DNA of 63,914 bases, filler included. It is 7 parts of 7 records of this genome, joined end to end, with 100 filler letters (N's around TTAATTAATTAA, not from the genome) between each part and the next. Parts side by side here need not be neighbours in the genome. Positions count along the whole stretch, not along the records: positions 39,003 to 53,015 come from SRR31147125_9519; positions 53,116 to 58,734 come from SRR31147125_9567; positions 58,835 to 63,914 come from SRR31147125_10496; 4 more parts are not named here. One strand, written 5' to 3'. Positions 50,351-60,592 of the stretch are shown piece by piece. Position 1 is the first letter of the stretch. Each line of letters starts with the position of its first letter. Made by a program: the position numbers and the translations under genes. The notes under the pieces are model-generated. The model saw only the letters and a list, made by a program, of their open reading frames with translations. It did not search any database and was not told where the DNA came from.

Positions 50351-52959
50351 GAAATGAAATTAATAAATCTTATGATAATGTAAAGCCTGATAAAATGACA
50401 ACAAACAGGATGTATAGAAATATTATAAATAAATCAAAAAGTCAAAGACGTAATAATAGAGTATTAAAAACAGTATTAGTTACAGCTTGTCTCTTAGTCG
50501 CCGTAATACTGTCTATACAAATCACTAGCCTAATAAATAAAAATCATAATAACACAATAAATCTTGCCTACCCCACACCTACTTCATGTAATGAAGTTGC
50601 ATATAGGATAATTTTATCTATTAATCCATCGGTGGAATTTAGTGTAGATAAAGATGACTATATAGTTGAAGTAGTTGGAATGAATGAAGATGGGGAGGAT
50701 TTAATTGATGGAATTGATTTTGCAGGATTATCCTTAGAAAATGCTACCATAGTGGTAGTTAACCAGTTATTAAAGCACGGCTATATTAGTGCAGCATCAA
50801 TACAAAACGAAATACAGCTATTCTTTAGCGAGAATATTGGTAATCTTGAAACCTTAGACATTATGTCAAATATAGTAGAGGCGGCTGCTGGACAGTACGA
50901 CATTAGATTAACAAAGGAAAAACTTAATAATAACAGGCTGCAAATTTATTTAGGCAGCAATAACAATGATAATGAAGAAACTGTTGATGCAAGCAATGTA
51001 TCTTCACTAACATTTGAATACTTACTAGAAGAAGGTGAATATGTAGGGAATGTATATATTTATCCAGATAGTGATGAGCGATTTTCTGATTTTATTGATT
51101 TTGCAGGTATGAGTATAAATCAAGCTACGTTATGGGGATTTCAGGAACTATATTATAAAAATTATATAAGAGATGATGTTACTTTAACTTATGTTATTGA
51201 TGGCTTAGATACAGAACAAATGCAAAGCATTGAGGAATTTATTAAGCTGCTTATTGAAGAAAAGGGTCTTGCATTAACAGTAAAGTATAGTGACGGTAAT
51301 CAAATAGTTGTTAACCCTACGAGTGAGGGAATAAATGCACCTAACAACCAATATACTATTAAGCAGCTTTGTGATAGTCAGTTAATTAAAGATAAATCTG
51401 ATGCTACACAGCTACAGATAGAAATACTGGAGATGGTATATACACAAGAAGAAATAGATTGGTTCTTTACGCCAAGATATTGGGCAGTTGTTCCAAACTT
51501 TATAGGTCTTGAAAAGGATAAGGCGCTTGAGTTACTAGAACTTACTGGGTTTGAAGTGCAACTTGATGAATTTGAGGATGAAAGGTCGGAATATAGAGAA
51601 GACCAAATAAACACTGTGGTGTATCAGGATACTGATGCAGGAGGTACTTGGGAAGTAGGATCAAGATTCATGCTATCAGTTTTAATAGGTGTTTCTGAAA
51701 CTAAGACTCCAATTGAAAATGATAATAACACTGATAATGAAGTGGAACCTGAAGTACAGAATATTTCAGAGGGAACTTTTAGTGATATAGCAGGAGTAAA
51801 CTTTATTGAGGGTATAAGGTCAGCAAAAGTTATAGACATTAAAAAAGGAACAAATTTTGATATAGTAAATGAAGGTATAGATATTAATAAATTAGGTGAC
51901 TTAATAGATACATTATATTTTAAAACTATTTCAGGAAATATGATATGGGGTGAGAAATATTTATATCAAATTAAACTTTCTGATGACAAAATGGCTTATT
52001 TTATAGATATTTACTTAGATAAGGATAGCTATCTTGCTGTGCTTAACAACGCATGGATAGGAGAAGATGATGCTATAGTAGGTAGAATGGTTAGTCTAAT
52101 AGAAGATTATTTAGCACAAAGTGATGTTAATAATTCGAGCAATTTAACCGATGATGAAATTATAGGAACTGTTTTAGATAGAATTAATTTAAGCTTAGAA
52201 AGTGTTCCAAATGGAATTGACGCAGGCAGATATTATATATGTGATGAGCGTTTTAGGGTAGATCATTGGGATAGTGATTTTGCAGAAGTGAACGGATATA
52301 ATGAAGTAGAGATCTCATTAGAGCAATTAAATGAAATACTTGTGGGTATACAAACCAGCGCTATGGCTTCTTTAACGCAAAGACTATGTGTACCTGAGGA
52401 TGATGTTGTAATTAATACAGAGTTTAGAATATTTGCAGAATATGAGGATTATGTACTACAGCTATTTGCAGATGATAATACATTGTATGTACGAACAAAA
52501 ATAGATAATGATTACTATATGACAAAGGTTAAAGATAATAGACTATATAAAAAGTATATATTGATGCTAGGGGATGATACAGGATTTTCTTTTAATGATA
52601 TTGTAGATACTGAAGCTATTTCTATATTATATATTGAAGATAAGTACAAGAAGGATTACCCAGAGAACGGCAAATTAACGGAAATTAAAATAACTGATAA
52701 AGACATTATTAATAGGATAATAGAAACTATTGTATCAAATGCAACACCTACAATAAGCCATCCTTCAAGAGAAAACACAGATATGATTTTTCATACTCCT
52801 AATGGAGACATATATTGTAAGATAAAATGCCCGTTCTCTAAGGAGGCTGATGAAGGAGGATTTGAATGGATTTTAACAGAGCCTACAATCATTATGGAAG
52901 GGTACTATTGGTACGACTGCCCTGAAATATATAGAATATTAAGAGATATTAACAAGTGA
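50347..52959 (+). CDS. Membrane-anchored anti-sigma factor with RsgI-like periplasmic domain and PASTA-like domain
   Basis: ATGA overlap with the sigma gene; short N-terminus, TM helix, SINPSVEF..D....V...MNEDG, VVPNFIGL....A...LE..GF. Confidence 0.7.
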   Translation: MRNEINKSYDNVKPDKMTTNRMYRNIINKSKSQRRNNRVLKTVLVTACLLVAVILSIQITSLINKNHNNTINLAYPTPTSCNEVAYRIILSINPSVEFSVDKDDYIVEVVGMNEDGEDLIDGIDFAGLSLENATIVVVNQLLKHGYISAASIQNEIQLFFSENIGNLETLDIMSNIVEAAAGQYDIRLTKEKLNNNRLQIYLGSNNNDNEETVDASNVSSLTFEYLLEEGEYVGNVYIYPDSDERFSDFIDFAGMSINQATLWGFQELYYKNYIRDDVTLTYVIDGLDTEQMQSIEEFIKLLIEEKGLALTVKYSDGNQIVVNPTSEGINAPNNQYTIKQLCDSQLIKDKSDATQLQIEILEMVYTQEEIDWFFTPRYWAVVPNFIGLEKDKALELLELTGFEVQLDEFEDERSEYREDQINTVVYQDTDAGGTWEVGSRFMLSVLIGVSETKTPIENDNNTDNEVEPEVQNISEGTFSDIAGVNFIEGIRSAKVIDIKKGTNFDIVNEGIDINKLGDLIDTLYFKTISGNMIWGEKYLYQIKLSDDKMAYFIDIYLDKDSYLAVLNNAWIGEDDAIVGRMVSLIEDYLAQSDVNNSSNLTDDEIIGTVLDRINLSLESVPNGIDAGRYYICDERFRVDHWDSDFAEVNGYNEVEISLEQLNEILVGIQTSAMASLTQRLCVPEDDVVINTEFRIFAEYEDYVLQLFADDNTLYVRTKIDNDYYMTKVKDNRLYKKYILMLGDDTGFSFNDIVDTEAISILYIEDKYKKDYPENGKLTEIKITDKDIINRIIETIVSNATPTISHPSRENTDMIFHTPNGDIYCKIKCPFSKEADEGGFEWILTEPTIIMEGYYWYDCPEIYRILRDINK

Positions 52960-52987
52960 TTTATTTTCTATAAAAAAGATTAATTAT

Positions 52988-53014
52988 ATGGGCTTGTTGA
53001 GTAATAATATTATT
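52988..53014. mobile_element. Probable IS terminal inverted repeat at the right end of C5
   Basis: ATGGGCTTGTTGAGTAATAATATTATT, inverted relative to 39003-39029. Confidence 0.55.
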
Positions 53015-53015
53015 C

Positions 53016-53115
53016 NNNNNNNNNNNNNNNNNNNNNNNNNNNNNNNNNNNNNNNNNNNNTTAATTAATTAANNNNNNNNNNNNNNNNNNNNNNNNNNNNN
53101 NNNNNNNNNNNNNNN
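53016..53115. other. Artificial contig-joining spacer
   Basis: 100 nt N/TTAATTAATTAA/N. Confidence 0.98.
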
Positions 53116-53132
53116 GCCTGAAAACATATATT

Positions 53133-53157
53133 ATACAGGTGAAAGTAAAATTACCCT
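53133..53157 (-). promoter_or_regulatory. Putative ECF promoter, copy 3
   Basis: AGGGTA-N13-CTGTAT on the minus strand. Confidence 0.6.
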
Positions 53158-53168
53158 CCCCTAATTAT

Positions 53169-54026
53169 TTAAAATTCTACCTTGAACCATAGTTTTATTG
53201 TACTGCTCGATTGGGATGAGCTATTTCCTCCACGAGTGCCGCCCATACCACCGCCGCGACCGCCAGACATGCCGCCACCCATGCCGCCGCCACGGCCGCC
53301 AGACATTCTTCCTCCCATGCCGCCACTCATGCCACCACCAGGGCGTTGCGACGAACCAGAAGAAGAGTCTTTAGAGCTAACCAATCCGCACGACAGAATA
53401 TTATCGCTCGGTATAGGCAGTTCTTTTAAGGGCATCTGAACTTCTAATACCAATTCGTTATATTCATTGGTATCAAAACTTACATCTATAAAATACATTT
53501 GAGGACTACGATAAAAAACGAATTCTTCACCATTAGCATCCCAGGTAACTTTGGTAAGTACCTTATCTATCATCTTTGCAAAGTCTTGGTTATCCTGTCC
53601 CCCCTGATTTCTTTGCATTGGCCCCATTTGGCTCATTCCACTCATTTGGCCCCTTTGTCCCATTTGGCCTGAAGAGCCCATCTGCATCATTTCCGGTTCT
53701 CCCCTTTCAACCTTCAACATATAATCTTTCCCCGTTTTGCCATTTGGATCGAAATATAGCTTTATTCCACCGCCCATTATACTCTTTAAACTTTCCTCCT
53801 CGTGAAAAACGGCTTTGAAATAGAAGTTGGTATCGTTAATGGCAGTACCATAACTAATGTTATTCTTCTGGTCGAATCCTTTGGTTTCAACTTTTTCGAG
53901 AATAGGTTCTTTTTGATCTCTTACATTCTGACTTTGATAAATCGGCAATTTTGTACAAGATGATAAGGCCGTAATTAGAGCAATAGCGGCAATAAATAAT
54001 TTTCTGTTCATTGTTTTAAAACTCAT
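53169..54026 (-). CDS. Hypothetical lipoprotein with Gly/Met-rich low-complexity segments
   Basis: LSSC lipobox; GGGMSGG/GGRGGGMGG repeats. Confidence 0.75.
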   Translation of the reverse strand: MSFKTMNRKLFIAAIALITALSSCTKLPIYQSQNVRDQKEPILEKVETKGFDQKNNISYGTAINDTNFYFKAVFHEEESLKSIMGGGIKLYFDPNGKTGKDYMLKVERGEPEMMQMGSSGQMGQRGQMSGMSQMGPMQRNQGGQDNQDFAKMIDKVLTKVTWDANGEEFVFYRSPQMYFIDVSFDTNEYNELVLEVQMPLKELPIPSDNILSCGLVSSKDSSSGSSQRPGGGMSGGMGGRMSGGRGGGMGGGMSGGRGGGMGGTRGGNSSSQSSSTIKLWFKVEF

Positions 54027-54448
54027 AATAATAACTAATTAAAATTCATTTTTATATTAATTGCAAATAGTTAAACGTACAAACCTCCTTTAGCGAAATG
54101 TACTTTATAAAACTATGCAGAATAGTATCACACTCCTTTTTAACAACTTAAAAATAAACATTTTGCAAGCAACAAGAATTAGAAATAAACAAGCAATTAT
54201 TCATATTGCCGGTTTCATTTAAAACTCTCGAATCCTGCTACAAGTTTTCATTTAAATAGGTATATTTTTGGTTAATGCGATAAGCTTCTGCAAGATAATT
54301 TTTCAATAAAAAAATCAAAAAAATTAATCTCGCAATAGTCGTGGATTTCGCTTGATAGTAACTTGTTCTCCTGCCTTTACAAAAAAAACAGCAGAATAGT
54401 TTTTATTAAGCACTTGTAAAATGTTTTAAATTCAAGTTATATAGTGTT

Positions 54449-54473
54449 ATACAGCCAATAAAAAATATACCCT
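54449..54473 (-). promoter_or_regulatory. Putative ECF promoter, copy 2
   Basis: AGGGTA-N13-CTGTAT on the minus strand. Confidence 0.6.
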
Positions 54474-54488
54474 ACTGACATTTACAAG

Positions 54489-57139
54489 CTAAAACCTAAA
54501 ATTAACAAAGAAATTGAGTGTTATATCCTGGGCTTTTACCAATGTTGTTTCCCTGAATTCTCTATTCTGGAAGTTAAAATCACGAAGATAAACGTCGAGA
54601 TAATTCTCGGTGTTAAAAGCATTTAAAATTGAAAAACCGGGCTTTATATTAACTTTCTTGAAATTAAAGTTATAGTTAACAGAAATATCGAAACGGAAAT
54701 AATCGGGAAGACGTTCGTATTCTCGTGTTACATTAAAAGAATCGTCTTTAGAACTTGAAGCAATGTAAGGTTGCCCTGTAGTATATAGTGTAAGAGTAGA
54801 AAAGTTCCACTTGTTATAAGAATAAATATTGGTCCATTTTACTTCGTGCGTTTGGTCGAAACTGGCAGGAATATCGCTACCGTTATTTATCTCACTAAAA
54901 TTGCGTGTAGATTTGCTTAATGAATATGCAAGCCAACTTGTAAAGTTTCTATTCTCGTATCTGACCAGAAAATCAATTCCGTAGGCATCGCCGCTACCGG
55001 AAATAAAACGACTTAAATCTATTTCATCTTTTTGTTCGGGAACTTGCTCTTCGCTATTTCTGTCTCTTGGATTTAATACAAAAAGGTACTCCTGTAAACC
55101 GTCAACACTTTTATAGTACGCCTCTAAATCGAAAAAAAACTTTTGTGTTTCAAAACTGGCACCAACAATATAATGATTAGAAGAAACAACCGGATGTACC
55201 CCGCCATCGGCAAGTACCCAAAAGTCGCGGTTATAACCGTAATCCTGCTCGGTTGATGCTTTATTCAGAAACTGGTAATATCTACCGGTAGCAACCTTCA
55301 ACAAAAGCTGTTTGTTTACATGGTAATTGGCTGCCAAACGAGGCTCTATATAAAACTTCTTTGTATCGTCGTAAAAGTTAACTCTGAATCCGGGCTTTAC
55401 TTTTAATTTTTTTCCAAGGGCAAACTGATCCTGCAAAAAACCGGTGTATAACATGGCCGATCTTTTAAGCTTATTGTATACCAGCTCTGCATCAGCATCT
55501 TTATAAAACGTAAATTCGTTATATTTTGCCGATACTCCAAATTGTAACTGGTTATGGTTGCTTGTAATCCAGGTATTCTGAAAAGAAAAGAAGTAGTCAA
55601 TTAAATCGTTTTCTTCATTTGTCGACATATTTTCAGGCAGATTACTTAATAATCCATCATCAGTTAGCGAACCACTAAAAACGGTGTTGTTTTTATAATC
55701 GTTATAATACCCCGAATGTCCGACTTGTAAATTGGTAAAGAACTTTTTTCTGTGCTGTTTTTTCCACGAAAATCCAAACCCGGAATTCCCCACTCGTTAG
55801 TGTCCTCTGTATCTATATCATACAGGTCGTTCTCCGAAACATTCGAACTGTTCAGGTTATCTTTAGAACCATAAGCACTAAACGATATATTGTCGCTTTC
55901 GCTTAGAGCCCAATTCAGTTTTACGTTATAATCACTAAAATAGAACTCCGGTTCAATCACATTATCAGGTCCGGGAAAACGGCTTGTTTGACCGGTTTTA
56001 TCGGCTAAAATAGCATCGGCCAGCCAACTTGAATAAACATCTGAATAAGCTCTTCGTCCGGCAGCTACAACTGTCAGTTTTTCAGAAATAGGAATCTCTG
56101 TAGTTAAATTTGCACTTATCATGTTTACTCCGCCGTAGAATACAGGATTGTTTTTATTGCCCGATTTGCCTGTAATATCGACTATGCCCGATACGCGCTC
56201 TCCAAAACGGGAGTCGAATCCTCCACGATAAACCTGAATATCTTTAATAACATTTGGATTAAGTGCTGAAAATACTCCAAAAAAGTGGTCGAGATTATAG
56301 AGTGTAAAGCCATCGAACCGAACTAAATTCTGGTCGGCAGAACTACCCCTTATATTTAACTCCGATGAGTTTTCGCTGGCACTAATCCCGGGCAAAAACT
56401 GAAGCGCTCTAAAAATATCGGTTTCGCCATAATTAGGTAAGTCTGAAAAACGATTTGGATTAAATTTAAATTCTCCGGCATCTTTTCCAATCTCTATCAT
56501 TTCAAGTGCCTCACCTTTTACGCTAATTGTAGCTATATTCTGTAGCTTTTGTTTTAGCCCAAAATGAACTACCTTTTCAATATTCCGAACATCAATAATA
56601 GTATCTAAACTATTATATCCGATGTATGATATCTGCAAAAAACAGTTTTTCGACTCTTTTACTTTTGCTGAAAATGTACCATCAACGGTAGCTGGAATTA
56701 CGCTGTTTTTTTCTCCAAGAAAAATATTAGCATACGGAAGTCGCTCTCCGGTTGCTTTATCGTAAATAATTCCGACTAAACGTTTGTATGATATGTGTTG
56801 TTTTGGAGAGGATTTTATTATAAGCCAGGTGTTGTGCTTAAAAGTGGAAATATATCCGGTTTCATCTAAAATTGCTTCCAATACCAAAGCAATACTATCT
56901 GTTTCAATAGTTTTATCTACCACGAACTCTTTCAGGCTGGTGTCGTCGAATGATATACGAATTTCCGATTGTTTTGCAACTTCAAGAAGAGCTTCGGAAA
57001 CAGTAATATTATTAAAGTTATACTGAAAATGCTGCGAGATTCCTGTGAATGGAACTAACAAAAAAAAACTAAACAATAACAGGAAACAGTATAAACTATT
57101 TCTTTTCTGATATATTAATTTTTTTGTTACTAACTTCAT
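54489..57139 (-). CDS. TonB-dependent transducer receptor, frameshift near 55790
   Basis: N-terminal STN-like and CarboxypepD_reg-like domains, plug IRGSSADQN..DG, GGFDSRFG.RVSG, C-terminal aromatic residue; ORFs 55664-57139 and 54489-55793 join at EWG/NSG. Confidence 0.88.
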
Positions 57140-57965
57140 ACTTCAACTCCATCGGAATACATACAACTTCAAGAGCCTCCTCTAAATTTTCATTCGAAAA
57201 ATCGATTGTTACTCTTCGGTTTATATCTCCTTTAAATAGAACATTTACGTCGAATTGTCTTTCAAGCTCGGCAAATATAGTTTCAAGTTGTGTATCTTCA
57301 AAATGACTAACTCCATTTTTCCACGATATAGTATTTTCAATTGCCTCCGATTTTGATTTTTCCAATACAAAATCGTTTAATTTTACTTTCTCGCCCGGTG
57401 TAATAATTTTCTCTTGTTTACGAGCCAATACCCTTACTTTTCCTTCGATACAGCTCACCCAAAAGTCATCGCCTCTGGAATATACATTAAGTTGAGTTCC
57501 TAAAATTTCGACAGAGCCGTTTTTTGTTTTTATTACGAATTCTTCACCTTTTTCAACATCAAAAAACGCTTCGCCGTTAAGTGTAAGGTAACGTTCTTCG
57601 TTAAACTTCTTTTTATTCCATTTTAAATCAGAACCAGCATTTAATACCACATCTGTTCCATCGGGCAGCACCACCTCACAATGCTCTCCTTTATCTGATT
57701 TAACTTGTTGAGCCGATAACATTTCAGGCACTACTTTTAAGCCAACAAGAAGTATGGCAAGTGCTGCAACCGCCTGTAAATATCTTACAATTGGTATTTT
57801 GCGTACAGGAGTATCGTCCTCAATCTGGTCAAGAATGTTATTTAATATTTGGTCTTTTGTCTGCACCTCCGGTGTAACAAAACCGCTTGCCATTTTGAGA
57901 ATTCTCTCTTCCGAATCCATATTTTTGAACTCTTCAGGCGTCATATTTCCGGTATTGGTCTGCAT
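57096..57965 (-). CDS. fecR: FecR-family anti-sigma factor
   Basis: LPDGT.V.LNA.S, LNGEAFFDV and VEILGT motifs. Confidence 0.9.
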   Translation of the reverse strand: MQTNTGNMTPEEFKNMDSEERILKMASGFVTPEVQTKDQILNNILDQIEDDTPVRKIPIVRYLQAVAALAILLVGLKVVPEMLSAQQVKSDKGEHCEVVLPDGTDVVLNAGSDLKWNKKKFNEERYLTLNGEAFFDVEKGEEFVIKTKNGSVEILGTQLNVYSRGDDFWVSCIEGKVRVLARKQEKIITPGEKVKLNDFVLEKSKSEAIENTISWKNGVSHFEDTQLETIFAELERQFDVNVLFKGDINRRVTIDFSNENLEEALEVVCIPMELKYEVSNKKINISEKK

Positions 57966-57970
57966 CCTTT

Positions 57971-58471
57971 TTATATTTTATATTCTATGGTCTTTTTTAA
58001 CTCGCTCAATGCATTTTTCATACGTTTCTCAACTGCTTTCACACTAATTCCCAGGTTTTCAGCAATCTGATTGTATGTATATCCATCAATTCTATTCATC
58101 AAAAATACAGTTCTGTTCTTTTCGTTTAACCGCCCAATAGCAGCTTGCAACTTTTCGTTGAATTCTTTCAATTCAAGTTGAAACTCAGGTGATACATCTG
58201 CCTGCTTCCTGTCGTAATTATTTGCAAATTCGTAAACAACCTGTTGGTGCTCGAATCTGTTTTTACAAAGGTTATTGGCAATGGTATACACCAACGACTT
58301 CACTGTACTCAGCCTTATATCATCGCGCTTTTCCCAAAGCTTTGTAAATGCTTCCTGCACTATATCTTCTGCAACCTCGATGTCGCCTGTTTTATAATAC
58401 ACGTAGTTTTTAACAGGTTGAAACATCTGGTTGAATAACTCAATAAATTCATTTCTTTCTAAACGTTGCAT
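57971..58471 (-). CDS. ECF sigma factor (FecI-like)
   Basis: AEDIVQEAF.KLW; R..G.TY..IAE.LGISVKAVEKRM. Confidence 0.92.
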   Translation of the reverse strand: MQRLERNEFIELFNQMFQPVKNYVYYKTGDIEVAEDIVQEAFTKLWEKRDDIRLSTVKSLVYTIANNLCKNRFEHQQVVYEFANNYDRKQADVSPEFQLELKEFNEKLQAAIGRLNEKNRTVFLMNRIDGYTYNQIAENLGISVKAVEKRMKNALSELKKTIEYKI

Positions 58472-58521
58472 AGAAACAGTCTTCTGAATTCTGATTTAAT
58501 TTTTCAAGGTCTTCATTTATA

Positions 58522-58546
58522 ATACAGAGAAACCCAATTTTACCCT
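58522..58546 (-). promoter_or_regulatory. Putative ECF promoter, copy 1 (upstream of the sigma gene)
   Basis: AGGGTA-N13-CTGTAT, 50 nt upstream of ATG 58471. Confidence 0.65.
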
Positions 58547-58734
58547 ACCTAAGTTCAAATTTAATGGAATAAAAAATGAAACAAAATAACTCCTCCTACA
58601 ATTTCAGCTAAAAAGAAGTCCCTAAATAGGGGCAAAGTTTGTCATTCGGTAAAAACTCAATCTTGTAACTAATATTCGGAATTACATTTTGTTTTTTAGT
58701 GAAAATACTTATAAATATAATTATAACGATACCT

Positions 58735-58834
58735 NNNNNNNNNNNNNNNNNNNNNNNNNNNNNNNNNNNNNNNNNNNNTTAATTAATTAANNNNNNNNNN
58801 NNNNNNNNNNNNNNNNNNNNNNNNNNNNNNNNNN
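58735..58834. other. Artificial contig-joining spacer
   Basis: 100 nt N/TTAATTAATTAA/N. Confidence 0.98.
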
Positions 58835-58977
58835 TTTGAAATGTCGTGAAGCATTCTTTAATATCTATAAGTTCTTTATTCATTAATATGGTATTGGAGT
58901 TTTAAGAAGTGAGAAAATAGGGCGTGAAATAGTTTATATAAATGTTCACTTGTATAACTTAATAAAATCATATTAGA

Positions 58978-59009
58978 AAACCGGAACGTGGTAGTTCCGG
59001 TTTATTTTA
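58978..59009 (+). terminator. Intrinsic terminator-like hairpin
   Basis: AAACCGGAAC-GTGGTA-GTTCCGGTTT followed by ATTTT. Confidence 0.6.
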
Positions 59010-59215
59010 TATAAAACAAAACTCCTGAGAGCCTGTATATTGCGTTTTATAAATTTAATTTGTATGAGTCTAAGTCAAATATCAAAATTTCAAAGCCAAA
59101 TATATGATATTGAGAAGATGTGGATCTCATATTGTCATTTTAAGACTTTTTTAGCAATTTAAAACTCTATATTGTAAAAATTATAGAAAATTGGCAATAA
59201 GACTTTATCACCTTG

Positions 59216-59250
59216 AACTAATTCTGCGACAACTTGTCGCAGAATTAGTT
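59216..59250. repeat. Perfect 35-bp palindrome
   Basis: AACTAATTCTGCGACAA-C-TTGTCGCAGAATTAGTT. Confidence 0.85.
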
Positions 59251-59370
59251 TTAATATTATACTAAGTTTTATATATGGAATTCATCTATAGATTACTTAA
59301 ATGAATTGAAATCATGAATAAACTTCATTATACTAAATTTAAAATGGTATATAAAATCTATAAAAATAGT

Positions 59371-60539
59371 TTAATTTGTATATAAATAAAAAGTATGTAT
59401 TCTATGATTTTTCATAGAATACATACAAAACACATCTGTAATTAGTCTTATAAATATATATCCCAGTTTAATATCAACATCAACGCTACCTAAGCTAGAT
59501 GCCTTTTTAAATGAAGAGATTACTTCTTCATAATTAGGATTTTCTGATTTTAATTCCCAAATACCTGCACCATAATGTTTATTCGCTTGCTCTAAATCTT
59601 CTTCATCATTTTTTTCCTCATTAGGATTGAACTCTTTTATTTTCTCTTGTAGTTTATCCAAGATTGAATTGAAATTATTGAACCTCTTTCTGTCTCCATT
59701 TTCTAATAAATCTGTTTTGGCTTTATTTAAATCTTTCTCAAGACATCTACTAATTATATCCCACAATTTAGTATCCAGCTTCTTTGGTGGATTATGAATT
59801 ATTTCATCTCTCAAATCCAATGTCTCACCTGTGAAGGGAACTCGACCAGAGAGCATCTCATAAATGAGAATCCAGTCTTCCGACATACTAACTTTTCCAA
59901 GCCAAGACTCTGGATAATTATAATGTGGAGTTCCTGATACATCTACCCATTCTCTTGATGTCTCTTTTAATCAGATACACCAAAATCTATTATTTTCAGC
60001 TCTTCGTATTTATCAGTTTGAGAGTTATAGTTTGTTAACATTATATTTTTTGATGATAAATCCATATGAACTAGGCTAGAATTTGCTCTATTTACAGCTA
60101 GCATTCCCTTAGCTAACTCAATACTGTACTTCAAGGTATCAATATCATTGATTTTCCCAACTCTCTTTAACCCTTCGTCAAGTGTTTTCCTATCTATGTA
60201 TTCCATAACTATTGCACAAGGATATTCGGATGTTTCTTTTATCATTTGATACACTCTAACAACTCTAGTATCTGTTATTTTCTTTAAAAAGTAATATTCG
60301 TTTTTTAATGTAGCTATTTCTTTTGCTGATTTAGGTATTTTTAATACATATTCAGCTTCATCTACATTAATAGCTAAATAAGTATAAGCATTTCCACCTG
60401 AACCAAGCTTCTTTATTATCTGATAACTTCCACCGATAATGTCTCCTTCAATTAAGCTATATTTATCTTTTGCATCAGTGTTTTCTAGTGAAACATATGG
60501 AGTTTTAATTTTTATAGACTTCTTTATGTTTTTTATGTA
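59371..60539 (-). pseudogene. Degraded Hanks-type Ser/Thr kinase with a Sel1-like C-terminal remnant
   Basis: Frame open from 60539 with LGSGGNAYTY, VLK, VMEY, HMDLSSKNIM, KIIDFG, then a stop at 59967; GTPHY.PE and YEMLSGRVPF continue in another frame; no start codon before the P-loop. Confidence 0.8.
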
Positions 60540-60592
60540 TTAAATTTAGTTTAGAAAAAACAGGTGACATCGCCACTGGAAAAATAAAACTA

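Noticed and set aside
53230..53345. GC-rich tandem-like repeats
   Set aside because: They encode the Gly/Met/Arg low-complexity tail of the lipoprotein; not CRISPR or a DNA repeat array.
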